A program made the position numbers and the translations under genes. Positions 34,701-47,867 of a stretch of 64,000 nt of DNA are shown one piece after another. The stretch is from Marsupella aquatica. Lineage: Eukaryota > Plantae > Marchantiophyta. The number at the start of each line of letters is the position of its first letter. The stretch's first letter is position 1. Location of the stretch: the NCBI GenBank assembly GCA_973895155.1, contig OZ316892.1:17598357-17662356 (forward strand), written 5' to 3'. The notes under the pieces were generated by a model that worked only from the letters and a program-made list of their open reading frames with translations, was not told the DNA's origin and searched no databases.

Positions 34701-35797
34701 GAGTCGGACATTTATCATGCAGCATGACAAATTGAACCATCGCTTAGTCACAGAGACACAACTAGCCTCAGCTATTGACCTCACCAAGATTATCCTCTCA
34801 GTTCGAGAAATGAAAGCCATTTGTGATAACTATAGGGTCCCAGAGGACCCCCTTAATAGAGTTTGTTGGACTGCTTTTTGTGACGAGGTTGACACAGTCT
34901 TCACATACAAGGAGATGGAGAAGACCCCAACCCGAAATGTATGGCACTTGTGCTGCTTTGTCAAAATTCTTGGCCTTGGGTCTCATCTATTTAGATTTCT
35001 TTTAAAATTTATCTACCTAAACCCAGCCTCATTGATGCCGAGAGAATTCCAATAAATTGAGCATGATCAACATCATTAATTTTTTCCAGCTAATTCAAAA
35101 TTGAGCTGAAAATATCATGGTTTTCCCAACACAAAACTACTTGGTGGACATCTAAGCTTCATATGACTGTATCCCTGCTAAATATATTGCTGACTAATTA
35201 AGTTTCCAATCACTACTATTGTAGGTGCCTCGAGTGCCGCCTTTGCCAGGACTTGCCCCAACCCGATTCATGGTGGGATGCAAAGTCTTGGCCGGCAATA
35301 AAGAGAAGAGATGTTATGAGATTTTGAGAGATATAAAGAGAATCTGCTTTGAAAGACGTTTGTGTACACAGCCCTTCTTTGAGGACTTTGCTCATGGAAA
35401 GATGAGTTGCAATGTAGTGGGACATGTCACCTATGCTCAATTTGGTGCAGCACTCAACAGTGAAGCAGGACTCCGAATTCTTCCTGCAGATTTGGAGATC
35501 TTGCAAGAGAAGTACGATGACCTTAACAATGGCATGTGCAACTACTTTGCTTTTTCAAATGAGATTGATCCATTCTCCAAGGCCAACTCAGTGAAACCAA
35601 AGCCTGAATCTCCGCCCAAGTCTCCTTACCCAAGGGTGAAGAGTCCTCCATGGCACTACCCAGTGCCAGGAGATCCTGACTGGAAAATGGCTCCCAGTCT
35701 CCTGGGTGGTGATAAGTCTCCATTGATGCCCGATAGTCCTCGCCCAGGTAGTCCCAATACTGGTATGCATTTTGAACCTCGGGGTCTAAAAGATTGA
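31789..35797 (+). CDS. Multi-EF-hand protein: calcyphosin-like N-half, ciliary (FAP115-like) EF-hand repeats, Pro/Ser-rich tail; 5' end uncertain
   Basis: Phase-0 GT-AG exons 31789-31818, 32604-32702, 32860-32943, 33502-33555, 34142-34378, 34627-34938, 35225-35797. IRGGLTKSREKLVNMAYKRLDKEGSGQV..REIYNA..VTPEDFREYY matches the calcyphosin pattern; followed by VCWTAFCDEVDTVFT..MEKTP and FFEDF..GHVTYAQF..NYFAFSNEID. Possible upstream exons 29748-29758 and 30137-30158, or a start at ATG 31798. Confidence 0.75.
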
Positions 35798-36039
35798 TGC
35801 AAAGGATATTTTTCCAGAAGATGTTGGGATATGTTGAGTCCCAAATTTTGAACTGTTATTTGGATGGCTTCCACTACATGGTCTAATATCAGGTAAGTGC
35901 AATGCTCATTTCTTCTCCCCTTGCACTTTCCACTCATGTTTTCACTTTTCCTATGTGGTTCAAAATTTGATTATTTCCCAAATGGACTGTTAAAGTGCAG
36001 CACTTATTCATCTTAATACAGACTTTTTTACTACAAAAT

Positions 36040-36450
36040 TTAAACTCATGACATTACCCAAAACACTATATACTAGCATACATGAATTTAGCCATACTTC
36101 GTACTAATGACATGACTCGATACCATACATGAATTAAGCCATGGCCTCTTTTTATACAAAATTATATTGAATGACCCGGAACACTATACACTACATACAT
36201 GGATTTACCCATGGCAAATTTGTTTAATACATACTCCGTACTATGGCATGACCCCGAACAATGCATATAGTCATATATGAATCAAGCCATGACACATTTT
36301 TTATACAACCTTTATACTCATGACATAACCCCGAACACTGTATCAATCAATAAATACTATCATAAAAGAATTTAGGATGGTCATTTTTAAAACTATATTC
36401 CCAGTACTACTACAGTAGTAATGACATGACCCCAAACCATGTACCACATC
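36040..36450 (+). repeat. Degenerate tandem repeat downstream of the EF-hand gene
   Basis: Recurrent (GA)CATGACCCCGAACACTATA..CATACATGAATT..AGCCAT units of variable length. Confidence 0.6.
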
Positions 36451-36928
36451 TGAATTAAGTCGCAGGCAGTTGTCCAAAGTCGTGTGGACTGAGGAAACCT
36501 GTTGGAATATAGAATCAAAGTTGGTTAGACTGGTGAGCCTGATTCTCGCTACATATGATTTGTGATGAATCATTCAAAGCTCTTAGTGTAGAGCAGTTGA
36601 GCTATACATGTGTTGTGACATGTGTTCAATCAACAACTTGATGAACTCAGAACAATGATGATTCCCAGTGTCCCTCAAAGTGAAACTCATTTGTTCATTC
36701 TCAGAGAAGGCGAGTAATCAACCTCCCACTTTTTACCAGGGAGAATGATCATGCTAAAAGTAAACCAGCGTTTCTTCTTAGGGGAGATAAAGAATAAACG
36801 AATCAACCTTTGCATTAACCACCAGTCTATCACAATGGCACCTAAACTTTGCTATTGTAAGAGGGCCCAAAGGTAACCATGTGCCATGTTCCATTGATTC
36901 GGACAAGCCCATGCCCCCAGTACGCTTT

Positions 36929-36972
36929 AGATGAGATGAGATGACAGAGATGAGATGAGATGAGATGAGATG
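36929..36972 (+). repeat. (GATGA)n pentanucleotide microsatellite
   Basis: AGATGAGATGAGATGACAGAGATGAGATGAGATGAGATGAGATG. Confidence 0.9.
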
Positions 36973-39652
36973 GTGATGCGGAATGAGAAGTGAATAGCTG
37001 CTTGATGAGCCATCTTGTCTTGTTCATAGTAGTAGCAATTAGGTCCAAATATCTTGGAAAATGTGAGGAGGCTGGGATTGGCACACATAGAACAAGACAT
37101 GTCAGTAGCTGTAAGCTAAGTATTCCCACATACCCACACAAAATGCAGCTACTACCACTACTCCTTGGAATATCCAAATCTCTACCCAAAATGACCAACT
37201 GGCCTAAAGTATGTGGCTCTAGCACTCCTCAAAGAAGCAAATTATAGGTATTGTAAAAAGTCATATTCATATTCTGTCTCGATATCATAAAAAGGTGGAT
37301 ACCTACAGATAAGGAGACAAAACTGTTTCATTCCCGTTAAAGTCTTACAAGTGAGCCCACCATGACATTTTTGTGCATCTGCTCTTGTAAGGCCCCGATG
37401 ATGATTTGTTCTTTGGTTCTTTCTCGTTGCTTTTGCTCTGGGAGTTTACTTTATTTGTTCTTTTCCTTTTTACACACTTTTATATAGACTTCGAACATCT
37501 GGAAGTGGGAGAATATCAGCTGGATAAATCTTTACTCAATCATTGATGGGGCTCTATGAGCCAATCAGCGAGCCTTCGTACCTTGTGCTGGACGAATTGG
37601 TTCCCTAGGCTAAGACGTGTATTCCCAGCATTAAAGTACTTGTAAGAACTCGTATGCATCATGCGGTGCACTCAAAATGGGTGGCTATCAGACTGTCTCC
37701 TGGAATTTCGAATTCCCATTCCAGCCTTCAATTCAAGCCGTGACCATGTGGGCTGCTTGTGTGTGAGCCCACCACAGGGGATGAAAGTGGAACATTTATT
37801 GTGAATCTTTGGTTGTTTAATGTGTTTGATTCCATGATTGATGCTCTGAGAACAGTCCCCCTGATATTTTTTGATGCCCTGTTACCTACCCACTAATGAA
37901 AGTCAAATTGGAATAATTCAGCATCACCACATCACAAGAAGATTTTTTTGGATTTGGAAACTGTTTTGACATTGGGTTTAGGGTACTGTAACATTCACCG
38001 ACAGAAGCTCTCTCAAAGGAGGCAGCCACAGATTTTTAGGGTGGTAAAATATTACTCTAGTGTCAGTTTTTGTGAAAATAATGCTCCCATGGATCACAAC
38101 TTTGGTTTTTTGAAACCCCCATGGATCACATTGCATCAAGATGCACAGATATTCTTAAAATTTACATGGAAAAATTCTTTCAAGGTTTCACTCTAAAATA
38201 TTTGCCCATAGGGTCCAAAATTCTAATAATTATTATTTTGTGTTTGCAAAAGTGGGATGGTACTATGGTAGCCCTACAAGTGGAGACCAAAATTCAATCA
38301 GCCAACTTGGACAAATCTTCTACAAGACACAATAGCAGATTATAAGGCATGGAACCTTTAAGAACTCACAAACAAAGTGTTGATGTAGAAGTTTCTTTTT
38401 GCTCTAGGTTGGGCGCTTTTTGTTTGTTGGCAGTGTGATATCTTGCACTATGGGTGCCTCTACTTCACCTTGTTTGTCCCACAATGAAAATTTCTATGTT
38501 GAATTAAGAAAACAAAGATTGAACATGCTACAAATATCTCACACAAAATACTCTATGCACCAATGGTATCAAGTAACGGCCTTGCCACTAACAAATTGTT
38601 TATAAACACCTTGGAGAATCTACATAGTTACAGAACAATGATACAGACAAGAAAACCTGAAAATATCGCACTCACTAGTTGTCTAAATCCAATGTACTAA
38701 GGAGATTAACATTAATGTACATAGTAAATTGAAGTGAAGGCAACACAATAAGTTAACGATGTAATGCATTAGAATATCTTTAAACTGGCTAAGGTTTGAC
38801 AACGTGACCTGAACAATGGCTGGTTATTTTAACTTGCAACCACTTAGAGAAGTAGGAGTAATCATTCAAAAAACAGAATTGAGTTTGAGTCAAGGCCATA
38901 TGAAACTTGATCTTCATTTTACCATATGAGTGCGTCACTGTGCGATATGGGGCTCAAAATGAATAGCTTTTCGAGGCCTAAGCCCTTCGAGATTTCCCAT
39001 GATTCCAAAAGTGGATAATCTGAAATTGCAAGAGTCCACCCTTGCAGTCTGCTTGGTCAAAATTGAAGTTTTGGCAGCAAGGATTGCAGATAAATCATTT
39101 TTGTTTTTGCAAGTAGGGGAAATAAATACACATAGACAGGCAAGTAACAACTGAAAAACAAATATCTTGATGAGATCTAGGATTGCAGTTCCCCCATCTA
39201 AATAATGAGTGACTATTTTTAGGAGTAAATGAAATTGATGCTCTTCCTCTTTCCTCCCACCTCAAACTGGGAATGAGAATGATTATGTCATTTGGGGACC
39301 TTTGTACCCCTCCTGTTCTTGTAGTTTTAATATGTGAGTCCTTCCTATCCACAACATGCCTGAGTTCTCTTTCAGCCATATTTTCCACACGCAATCGTTT
39401 GCTTCAGTTATCTTAGTTTTAAAAAATGACAACACCCCCCTCAGACACCATTGTCATAGCACAGACATTCAGCTAGTCAAACTTAGGAGGTCATGAATAT
39501 ATTTGACATAACATCTGTACCCATGGCAAAAGGCCTGGGTTCTATAAGCTATCAATTGATTGAACAAGAGAAGTCAACTAGTGGGACCTCACTGCATATA
39601 GTTGGTATTGGGTTTGGTATCCTGGGGGGTACTACATGTTGCAAGCCCATTG

Positions 39653-40012
39653 TGTTAGGGTTGATTCTTAGTCCTGGGTTAACCATAGTTACTATAACCA
39701 GATTTAGGACCTTAACCATGGTTAGACTTGCCTAGCATGTAGAGAAAGCTCCTAGCTTGGTGAGACTTATGCTCATTTGTAAGAGAGCAAGGTAGGAGCA
39801 AGCTGAGCAAGATAGGAGCATTTACTTGGAGGCTTGGTGTGGCTATGGCGGCCAAAGCTTAGTCAAGAGCTTAGTAAAGCTTTTGTATTCCCAAGGACGT
39901 AGTTGAGCTTGACAAAGGTGAACCACGTATCTATGGCATCGACTGTGTAATGTGTTGGGCCAATGTACTTAACACATTGCGATACTGCCTAAGACCAAGA
40001 CGATGCCTAACT
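39653..40012 (+). mobile_element. Degenerate solo LTR related to 19252-19595
   Basis: Starts TGTTAG, contains GGACGTAG..AGGTGAACCACGTATCT..TCGACT (39895-39944) shared with the first LTR, similar length, ends ATGCCTAAC(T). No intact TSD seen. Confidence 0.55.
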
Positions 40013-41024
40013 AAGGAGGTGGTCATGAATGATTTCTGATAGCATGATCATGACAAGCTCTCGGTTGCCATGAACACTGTGCTATGTGTAACATCGCTCA
40101 TGGAGTGATTGACCAAAAACTATGGCCATGACTACATAACATTGGGGGCCAGAAATAGGGGACCCAAGTTGGTCTGGGCGGCAAGTCCCAAGAAATATAT
40201 ATATATGAGAGTACATCATGTTCTAAAGACCCTGACAAACCATTTGTCAACTGTGATGAGCTGGGATCCATCACTACTACCGCCAAGCCAAGGGGACGGA
40301 GAGTATCATAAGAGCGCTGATGCATTCAAGAGAAGCATACATTAGGGGAGGTTGGTTGACTTCCAACTTGAGTTGCACCTAAGTGGTGTTGTTGGTCCGG
40401 GCAAACCATTTTTGAGACTCATCAGCAGTGCCTCTGTTACTCTCTGTGGGCGTCAGACCATAGCTTGAGATCGGCAAGTGATCTTAAGTAGCTAGTAGGT
40501 TCATTGGAATAATAAAAGGGCTACCGAAGGAAGACGTCTGTAGCTGGACCCCGGGTTGGGTTGGGGCGCTACAGTATATGTGCTAGGGTATTTTTGTACC
40601 AAATTCAAAGCATTCCAGCAAGGGAGATGGGAAATTAAGAAATATAGTGGTTCAGTTTTAGTGCACCAAAGAGGCTCTTGGTCACGGACTTGGTTATTAT
40701 ATAGAGATGTACTGTAAAATGGCCAAGTCCTTATAAAATATGATGCCGACTTTGGGTTTTGTAAACGAGTTTTAGGGTACTTGAAAGGCTACTCAACGTT
40801 TTCTCATCTTTAGAATGTTTAGCAGCTGAAAACCTGCCCAGGACTTTCACTTTCACACATCTGCTGCTTAGAGCATTAAGACAAATAACTGTACACTCCA
40901 AACTACAAATGGACTGATTCCAAGGAGAGCTTTGTTCAAGACCATAACCTAATGAAAGGCCTTTCCTATGCACACAACTACAGCCCCAGCCCAAGCGGAA
41001 GCAAAGATGAGGCCCACTCGATGA

Positions 41025-41900
41025 TCAGGTGCACATCATATGGACTAGCAGGCACTTAGGGTGGCCTTTACAAGAAGTTGGGGCCCATTCCATCTCACCC
41101 TATAGTGAGTAAAAAGCCACAGTTGGCCCACTTATCAGGTGCACATTAGATGGACTAGCAGGCACTTAGTGTGGCCCTTGCAAAAAGTTGGGGGCCCATT
41201 TTTTTTTTCCCTTGAAAGGAGCACTTGTACAAAAAGTAAAACCCAATAAATTCAGTGGGTCACAGGCCAGAACCAAAAAAGGGACAAAGGCCAAAATCCA
41301 CACCAAGACCAAGCACATTCGGCCAAGAGGGAAAGGGAACAAGATTAAACTAAGAGGGAAGGAACCTGAGTGACTAGCTCAGAGGAACCAGCTAAGCAGC
41401 TAAAGCAAAGATGAGGGCCAACTCGGACAGGAGAACAGGAAGAGATCCAGCCAATAACAAGGGTCTGAGCATCTAACCCTATAATATATGAGTAAAAAGC
41501 AACAGTTGGCTTTACACTGCCATTGTCCAGGAAGCAAAACCTGGTGGATCCACAATTATCAGAAAGGAAAAAATTGTGCTATTTTTTTCTCCCTATACCT
41601 GGGGGTTTCATTAGAAGAACCTGGGCCCCATTCAGGTACTGTGTCTACTGATCCTACATGGTAACCAGTGGGTCCAAATCTGACCTTATAATGAGTGAAA
41701 AAACCATAGAGTTTGCTTGCAAGAACTCTAGGGCATATTCAGGTTACTGTGGTGTCTACCTTCCCTACATGGCAAGTAGTGGGCCCATGTGGTCCATTAA
41801 ATCTAGACCTTATGATGAGTGAAAATAACCATAGTTGGCCAGCACTCGGGTCTTGAGGGCGCATCCAGGTCACTGTGATGTCTACCGACCCTGCATTGCA
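41025..41900 (+). repeat. Degenerate ~110-125 bp tandem duplications
   Basis: ATCAGGTGCACAT..ATGGACTAGCAGGCACTTAG..TGGCC..AAGTTGGGG twice (41025, 41134); TCAGGT..ACTGTG..TGTCTAC..CCTACATGG..GACCTTAT.ATGAGTGAAAA..ACCATAG about three times (41630-41900). Confidence 0.7.
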
Positions 41901-44380
41901 AGGAGTGGCCCAAGTAAACTCCCATGCCAGTTCTTATTCGGTCTCCAGTGGTGGTTCAAACTCCATACATTTCCACAGTTGGGCCCTCTTCATTCAAGGG
42001 GTTTGCATTTCTTAAACTTCATATCCACATATTTTTTGGTCCTTCGTCTAAATTTAGCACAAGAAATGGCACTCTAAAACTTGAAAAACGTCACTTTGAG
42101 AAACGTCAGAAGGACCCCCAAATCTGGTAAAGCCACCCTTCGTGTAATCAGAGAGTTTGGCGGCTGTGGACTTCTCCGTGACGACATAATATTACTGCGA
42201 TCGCCCACCTCGTCACGCAGGTGTGCGGCCTCATCAGCAGCAGCGATGAATTCCGAGTTTATAGCTTTCGACGACGAAGAAGTTGCTCTAAATGTTGAAG
42301 CCCGCATGAGTCAGCTGCAGAAGACCAGAACGAAAGAAAACTTTCGATGCGTCGACACGAGTAGCATGTTGGTATCCCGGAATTGATTGCGAGATAGATA
42401 GGAACGACGGAGCCACGCAGGAGAATGATGTGTGTAGATTGCTTTTTTTGCAGTAAGTTTGCCCCTCGATCTGCGTCGCCCGCAATCTTGCAGGAACGTG
42501 CACCGGCAGGCCAAAAACGTGCAAAAAGAACCCCGCCCGCTCGCCCGCGCGCGATGAGTGGTGGAGGTGCCGATGCTGCATTCCCATGCCGTCATCTACG
42601 GTGATGGGGCTCTCTACGATACTTATTCTTCTCGAGCCGCGGTAACAATAATCTTTCCGCAAAGAAACGTCGACTGTAATCGGAATCGGTAGTAATTCCA
42701 TCTGAAGATCGCTCTGATTGCTTCTTTGCAGCTATTGTCTCTCGTTTCTGACTTCTTATCTGTAAACTTACTCGATGGTTTGTAAAGTTTCGATGTTACT
42801 TTCGCATGAAACAGGTCGAGAGAATCGACGACATGGCCGGTGAACGGATCACCGTCTTGGAAGGAAAATTCGGCGGTTCTTCCAGTCAAGTTATTATAAA
42901 GTAAGCACAATTAAGAAAAGTAAGAGCGCAGCACTTTTATAAACTGGGAGACGACTAGACGAGGACTCCATGAACAGATGCTGTGAACGTATCGACCTCG
43001 TTCACAATCCGGAATTCCGGATCGAGGAATCAGTCAAGATAGAGATGTACAACAAATTCGCAAGTTGGAACCTTCATGATGTGTACTTTTGTTCCAATCC
43101 CATTATGACGGACCTAAGTTATCATTGCCAGTAGTCTGTGGAACGAGGCCCCGGTCAATGAGATCGACTGGCATGGCCGCATGGGGATGGAGTCCGGCGC
43201 ACCACTTCTGTAAGACAGTTGGTGCTGCGCCTTCCCACTCCTTCCGGAAGATTCTCGATGACTTCTCGTGGTGGTGATGCTGCTCATACAGCTCTTGATC
43301 GAGCGGTTAATAATCGGTGTGCTACCAAGTGTGGTGCCGCACATCACATTGATAGAGTCGAACAAACCTGATCGTTCCACACGACTGCGCAACGCGGAAA
43401 CCTCGAGTACAAACTTTTGATAACTTCGTTTTAATCGGAAAGCACTTTCTCTCGTCAGTGAGTGTGAAAACGGAGAATTTCAGCGCCCGCCATCTTTGTT
43501 ATTACATGCAATGCGTATACCCTCACGTCACGGTTCGATTCCGTGGATCGTCTCTGCATTGGGGCCGCAAAGCCCGCCAATTATTGTGTCCGTACCTCCG
43601 AGCTGTTTCGGAGCGCAGAAACTTCATTTCGGGAAGTTTGAACGTCTTCAATGGTTTTAAATGATTTCCGCAGATCTAGAAGGCAACGAAGACTGCAATC
43701 CTCACTCAAGAGCCGAAGGACTTTACACAACTACCACCCCTGGACCCTTCCATTGCGATCGAGTTCCTTTGGCCTTTGGCTTCTCTCTCGGGGCAATTTA
43801 ATTAGAGTGTGAGTGATTTTGTTCGCGCTAGTCTTAAACTCTTTCGAAAATAATTTGCTCTAAGAAAGTAAATAACATGTGAGTGCACTCGGTTGAAACT
43901 TATTAAGTCTAGGAATCAGAGGCCATGCGAACTGTGTCAATCGTTCTTCTTCCCGTCTGACTAATGAGTAGGGAAGTCTACAGGCAAGGATCGGAGAAAG
44001 ACTAAAGACGCGCGTGGCCAAAGGAATGAACCACGTGAGGCCTTTACTCAACTTCGATGGAGACAATAATACCATGGGGTACAAGGTGAGAAAAATAAAA
44101 ATAAAAACACCTCCATCGATCGGCCCTCCTCAGACGATGTTCAGCTGCACGTGAGTATCCACTGAGACGCGAAACGCGCGCCCAATCCACATATGCGGTC
44201 GGTGACGGACCTGATGCTCCGTCCTACTGAGCAAGACGTAGTATCGCTAGAGTTTTTATTTCATCGTGCCCTCCTGCCCTGCCCCAATGTGTACCACACC
44301 GCAAGTGGCTGTGAGAGCATCATTGCGCACATCATCAAGAGTTAGCCGAACGGAACAAGGTCACGAAGGTTAAAAAAGTC

Positions 44381-44850
44381 CGGTGACTAGAGGTCAAAGA
44401 CACGGCAGGTAATGTCCTCCAGGCCGTGGCATGCCGAAATTTAGCTGTCCCGATGATCTGCGATCGAGAGTCAGGGCAGAAATTGGACGAGAGGTCAATT
44501 AACCGACTCTGAGGAGAAACTTGCCATGGAATCGACTGGAGGTATTTTTCGGTGATTAGAGGTCAAAGGACACGGCAGGTAATGTCGTCCAGGCCGCGGT
44601 ATGCCGAAATCTAGCTGTCTTGATGATCTGACGATCGAGCGTCAGGGCAGCAATTGGACTCCATCGCGAGAGGTCAATTAACCGACTCTGAGGAAAAACT
44701 TGCCATGGAATCGACTGGAGGTATTTTTCTTCCATAACTCAACTTGCCATGGAATCGACTGGAGGTATTTTACTTCCATAACTTAACTTGCCATGGAATC
44801 GATGGAGGTGTTCTACTTCCATAACTTAACTTGCCATGGAATCGACTGGA
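44381..44850 (+). repeat. ~170-bp duplication followed by 44-bp minisatellite
   Basis: CGGTGA.TAGAGGTCAAAG..ACACGGCAGGTAATGTC at 44381 and 44550; TTGCCATGGAATCGA(C)TGGA at 44521, 44700, 44744, 44788, 44831. Confidence 0.9.
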
Positions 44851-44905
44851 CGTACGTATTATTCTTCGGTAATTGTCATTTGGAGAAAAGTTCCTCTGGT
44901 CCCTC

Positions 44906-45361
44906 AGCATGGCAACGATTGCAAATACAGACCTTCCACCGAGGTTAGAGAGCCTTCGCATGGCAAGGATTGCAAGTACAGACCTTCCACCGAGGTTAGA
45001 GCGAGAGATAGCCTTCGCATGGCAAGGATTGCAATCACAGACCTTCCACCGAGGTTAGAGAGAGAGATAGCCTTCACATGGCAAGGATTGCAATCACAGA
45101 CCTTCCACTGATGTTAGAGAGAGAGATAGCCTTCGCATGGCAAGGATTGCAATTACAGACCTTCCACTGAGGTTAGAGAGGGAGATAGCCTTCGCATGGC
45201 AAGGATTGCAATTACTGACCTTCCACCGAGGTTAGAGAGAGAGAGGCACGGCAAGGATTCCAATTACCAGGCTTCCACCGAGGTTGAGAGAGAGAGAGGC
45301 ACAATTACCGACCCTCCACCGAGGTTCGAGAGAGAGGCAAGGATTGCAATTACCGACCTTC

Positions 45362-45393
<32 letters not shown>
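44906..45393 (+). repeat. 59-bp minisatellite decaying into (GA)14
   Basis: GCCTTCGCATGGCAAGGATTGCAATCACAGACCTTCCACCGAGGTTAGAGAGAGAGATA at 44952, 45011, 45070, 45129, 45188, plus truncated units on either side; (GA)14 at 45366-45393. Confidence 0.92.
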
Positions 45394-45394
<1 letters not shown>

Positions 45395-47867
45395 TCCGGT
45401 GACGGTCCAAGACAAGTATTTAAAATGGATACTTCGAACATGGGAGCCTGTACCGAGTCCGAGCGAACGGCTTGAACGTACAGCGAAAGCACAAGCGAAG
45501 CAGTAATTGGTCCAAATCTGGAAAGCTACCTAAAGAACACGAGCAGGAAAGCGTGCGTGGACGGAAAAAATTTCGGGTTCGTACTGCTCAGGAATCAGAC
45601 GGTACTTACAGAAATTGTCCCAGAACATAAGATCGAGACAAAAACTAATAACTGCGTCTGGTCCATTACAAGTCCCTGCATGTACAAACCGCTGGCTGTC
45701 CTTCGTGGATAGGGTTCACACTTCACACTGCACTGTTTGTGAACCGAGACAGGCTGTCCATTACAGACAGCTATGGACTTCAGCGTTACAATTAATTAGC
45801 CCGAACCGCAAGACGAATCGCATGAAATTTCGGAATTGAAACGCAGCTAGTATGGTGAAGGGGATCAGATCCATATCGCAAGGTGGGTTCTCTTTCAATA
45901 CCTGTGACAGTGAGCGAGAGACTGGACTCTCTGTAAAATCTGCAGTAACTTCTAGGCCAGAGAGAGGAAGAAAGAGGCACCGCTTCCAATTAGTAATGCT
46001 AAGACAGGCTGAGTATCAAGCCCATCGATCGGAAAATTCGAGCATGAGTAAAATTGTGCGACGCCGTCTATCAGTTGACGGACATGTCGAGAACTGAGGG
46101 CGTGAGAAAAGTGGGGCGAGTACACATCGAATCAGAGTCCCGCGGGAGAGCAACGGAGCATTCTAATGCCCAAGAGCATCGAATCGCCCCAGCAGAAGCC
46201 TGGTTCTGGCCTGGGTAAGTTCGCAATACGAAGACGGTCACGCTCGACAGTGCAAATAGTACTAAAGCGCGTATCAGAGCCAACAATTTTCACGAAAGGA
46301 CGTCGAAAGTGCGTGCCAGGAGTTATAGCACTTGAACTTACCACGCATGTCGAGTGCGAAATTCCAGAAAGCTATCGACAAATCTCCCAAAATCGAGAGC
46401 AAACACTAGAACAATTACGACAAGACAGTTGTAAACAGTGAAAGGCAAGGAAAATCAGCGGCACTGATGTCTCCTTCCTACGAAGAGTCAGTCGAAACAC
46501 AATTCATCCACTGAGTCCATCAGCTTCGCTACCAAAACATTTTAAAATCCAAAACCCAGAAACAAACGCGGAAGCTTGAAACCTTCTCAGGTCTTCTCAG
46601 GGGGTAAAAGGGCGGAGAATTTACTATCTGTGAACTCGCATCAGCGATTCATTGAGCAATCAAAGCTTCATCTGCTATAACCCAAATATAATCCGTCACA
46701 TATACATATAAAACGTCGTGTTACATATGTATAGAATTTATCAGAAACGGCTAAGGTAACAACTCAGCCCCCCACACGAACGTACCAACGTCGGCAGCTT
46801 CCCACCCGTAAGAGAGTAGCCTACACACCTAAGCCTACGAAGCAATTTTGGCGAGATTTTGCCCAACCTAATCTCTAGTACACTCCCCTCGCACCTCGAG
46901 GCAATCACACAATCATATGATTCGAAGAACCACCGAACAATCTGAGAATGTAAGAAATCGTCCTTCCGAATAGAAAGAAACGGGTCGATGTACCTCTCTA
47001 CATGTTTCTATCGATCGACCGCATATCACACGCCCACGACCATCAACACCACTACTCCAGGTAAATCTGATCGAACCTTTAGCAAGTTTTCCTATTCCCG
47101 TACCAAGAAGCTGTAAATAGGCGACATACCCATACCCATACGTCGCCCGCTAGCTATAGAGAATCAAGGAATTATATCTCATCTACAAATCATCGGACGA
47201 ATTTATCCTAATGACGAATCAGTCCTCCACATTACATCGGTCAAATTGTGTACCCCGTCCAAGAACACGACTGCTGCTGCTATGTACGCATACCTTCGAT
47301 GATGATTTCAATCAAACAATCGTATAACGGATGCTTTCAATTGAGCCAAACCTTCGTTCCCACTCTACCGAGCTGAATGATGTGCAGCTGCGAACCTGGA
47401 ACTCGTCGACAATCATGGTCCCGCGACTCTCTTCGTTGGTTCTTACTTGCGCTCACTCGACCTTGCAGCGTAATCGGTTCACTTCAGAGCAATCTCTTTG
47501 GCTGATGATGATGCTCCCAGCCGTATATTTCGCTTGTTTGTATGCTGATCTATGTACAAAAAGCACAATATGTACGTTGGTGATCTATGAACGTTAATCA
47601 TGCCATCGTCAGCGGCTCTGAAGAAATCTTCTTCTTCGTCTTCGTTTGCAAGCAGTTATCGAGACAGGCGAGCGTAGCATAAAGTTGCCTCGATAACCTG
47701 ATTGTGGACGTCCATCCCCATGATTGCCGCACCTGATCGGTTTAACAAGCGGCAGCCAGTCGGAGCGAATTCGACCCAGAGTAGGAGTTGTACAATAGAA
47801 GCATCGAGCGCCTCTCTAGGAAGAACTTGTAGAAAATAATGAGAAGAAGAAGAAGAAGTCATCGTCG

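Noticed and set aside
42130-42190. RRSPQPPNSL as a CLE peptide
   Set aside because: Poor match to RxVPxGPxPLHN and no signal peptide in the ORF.
44906-45363. CRISPR-like regular array
   Set aside because: Whole units repeat with no unique spacers, no cas genes, eukaryotic context: a minisatellite.
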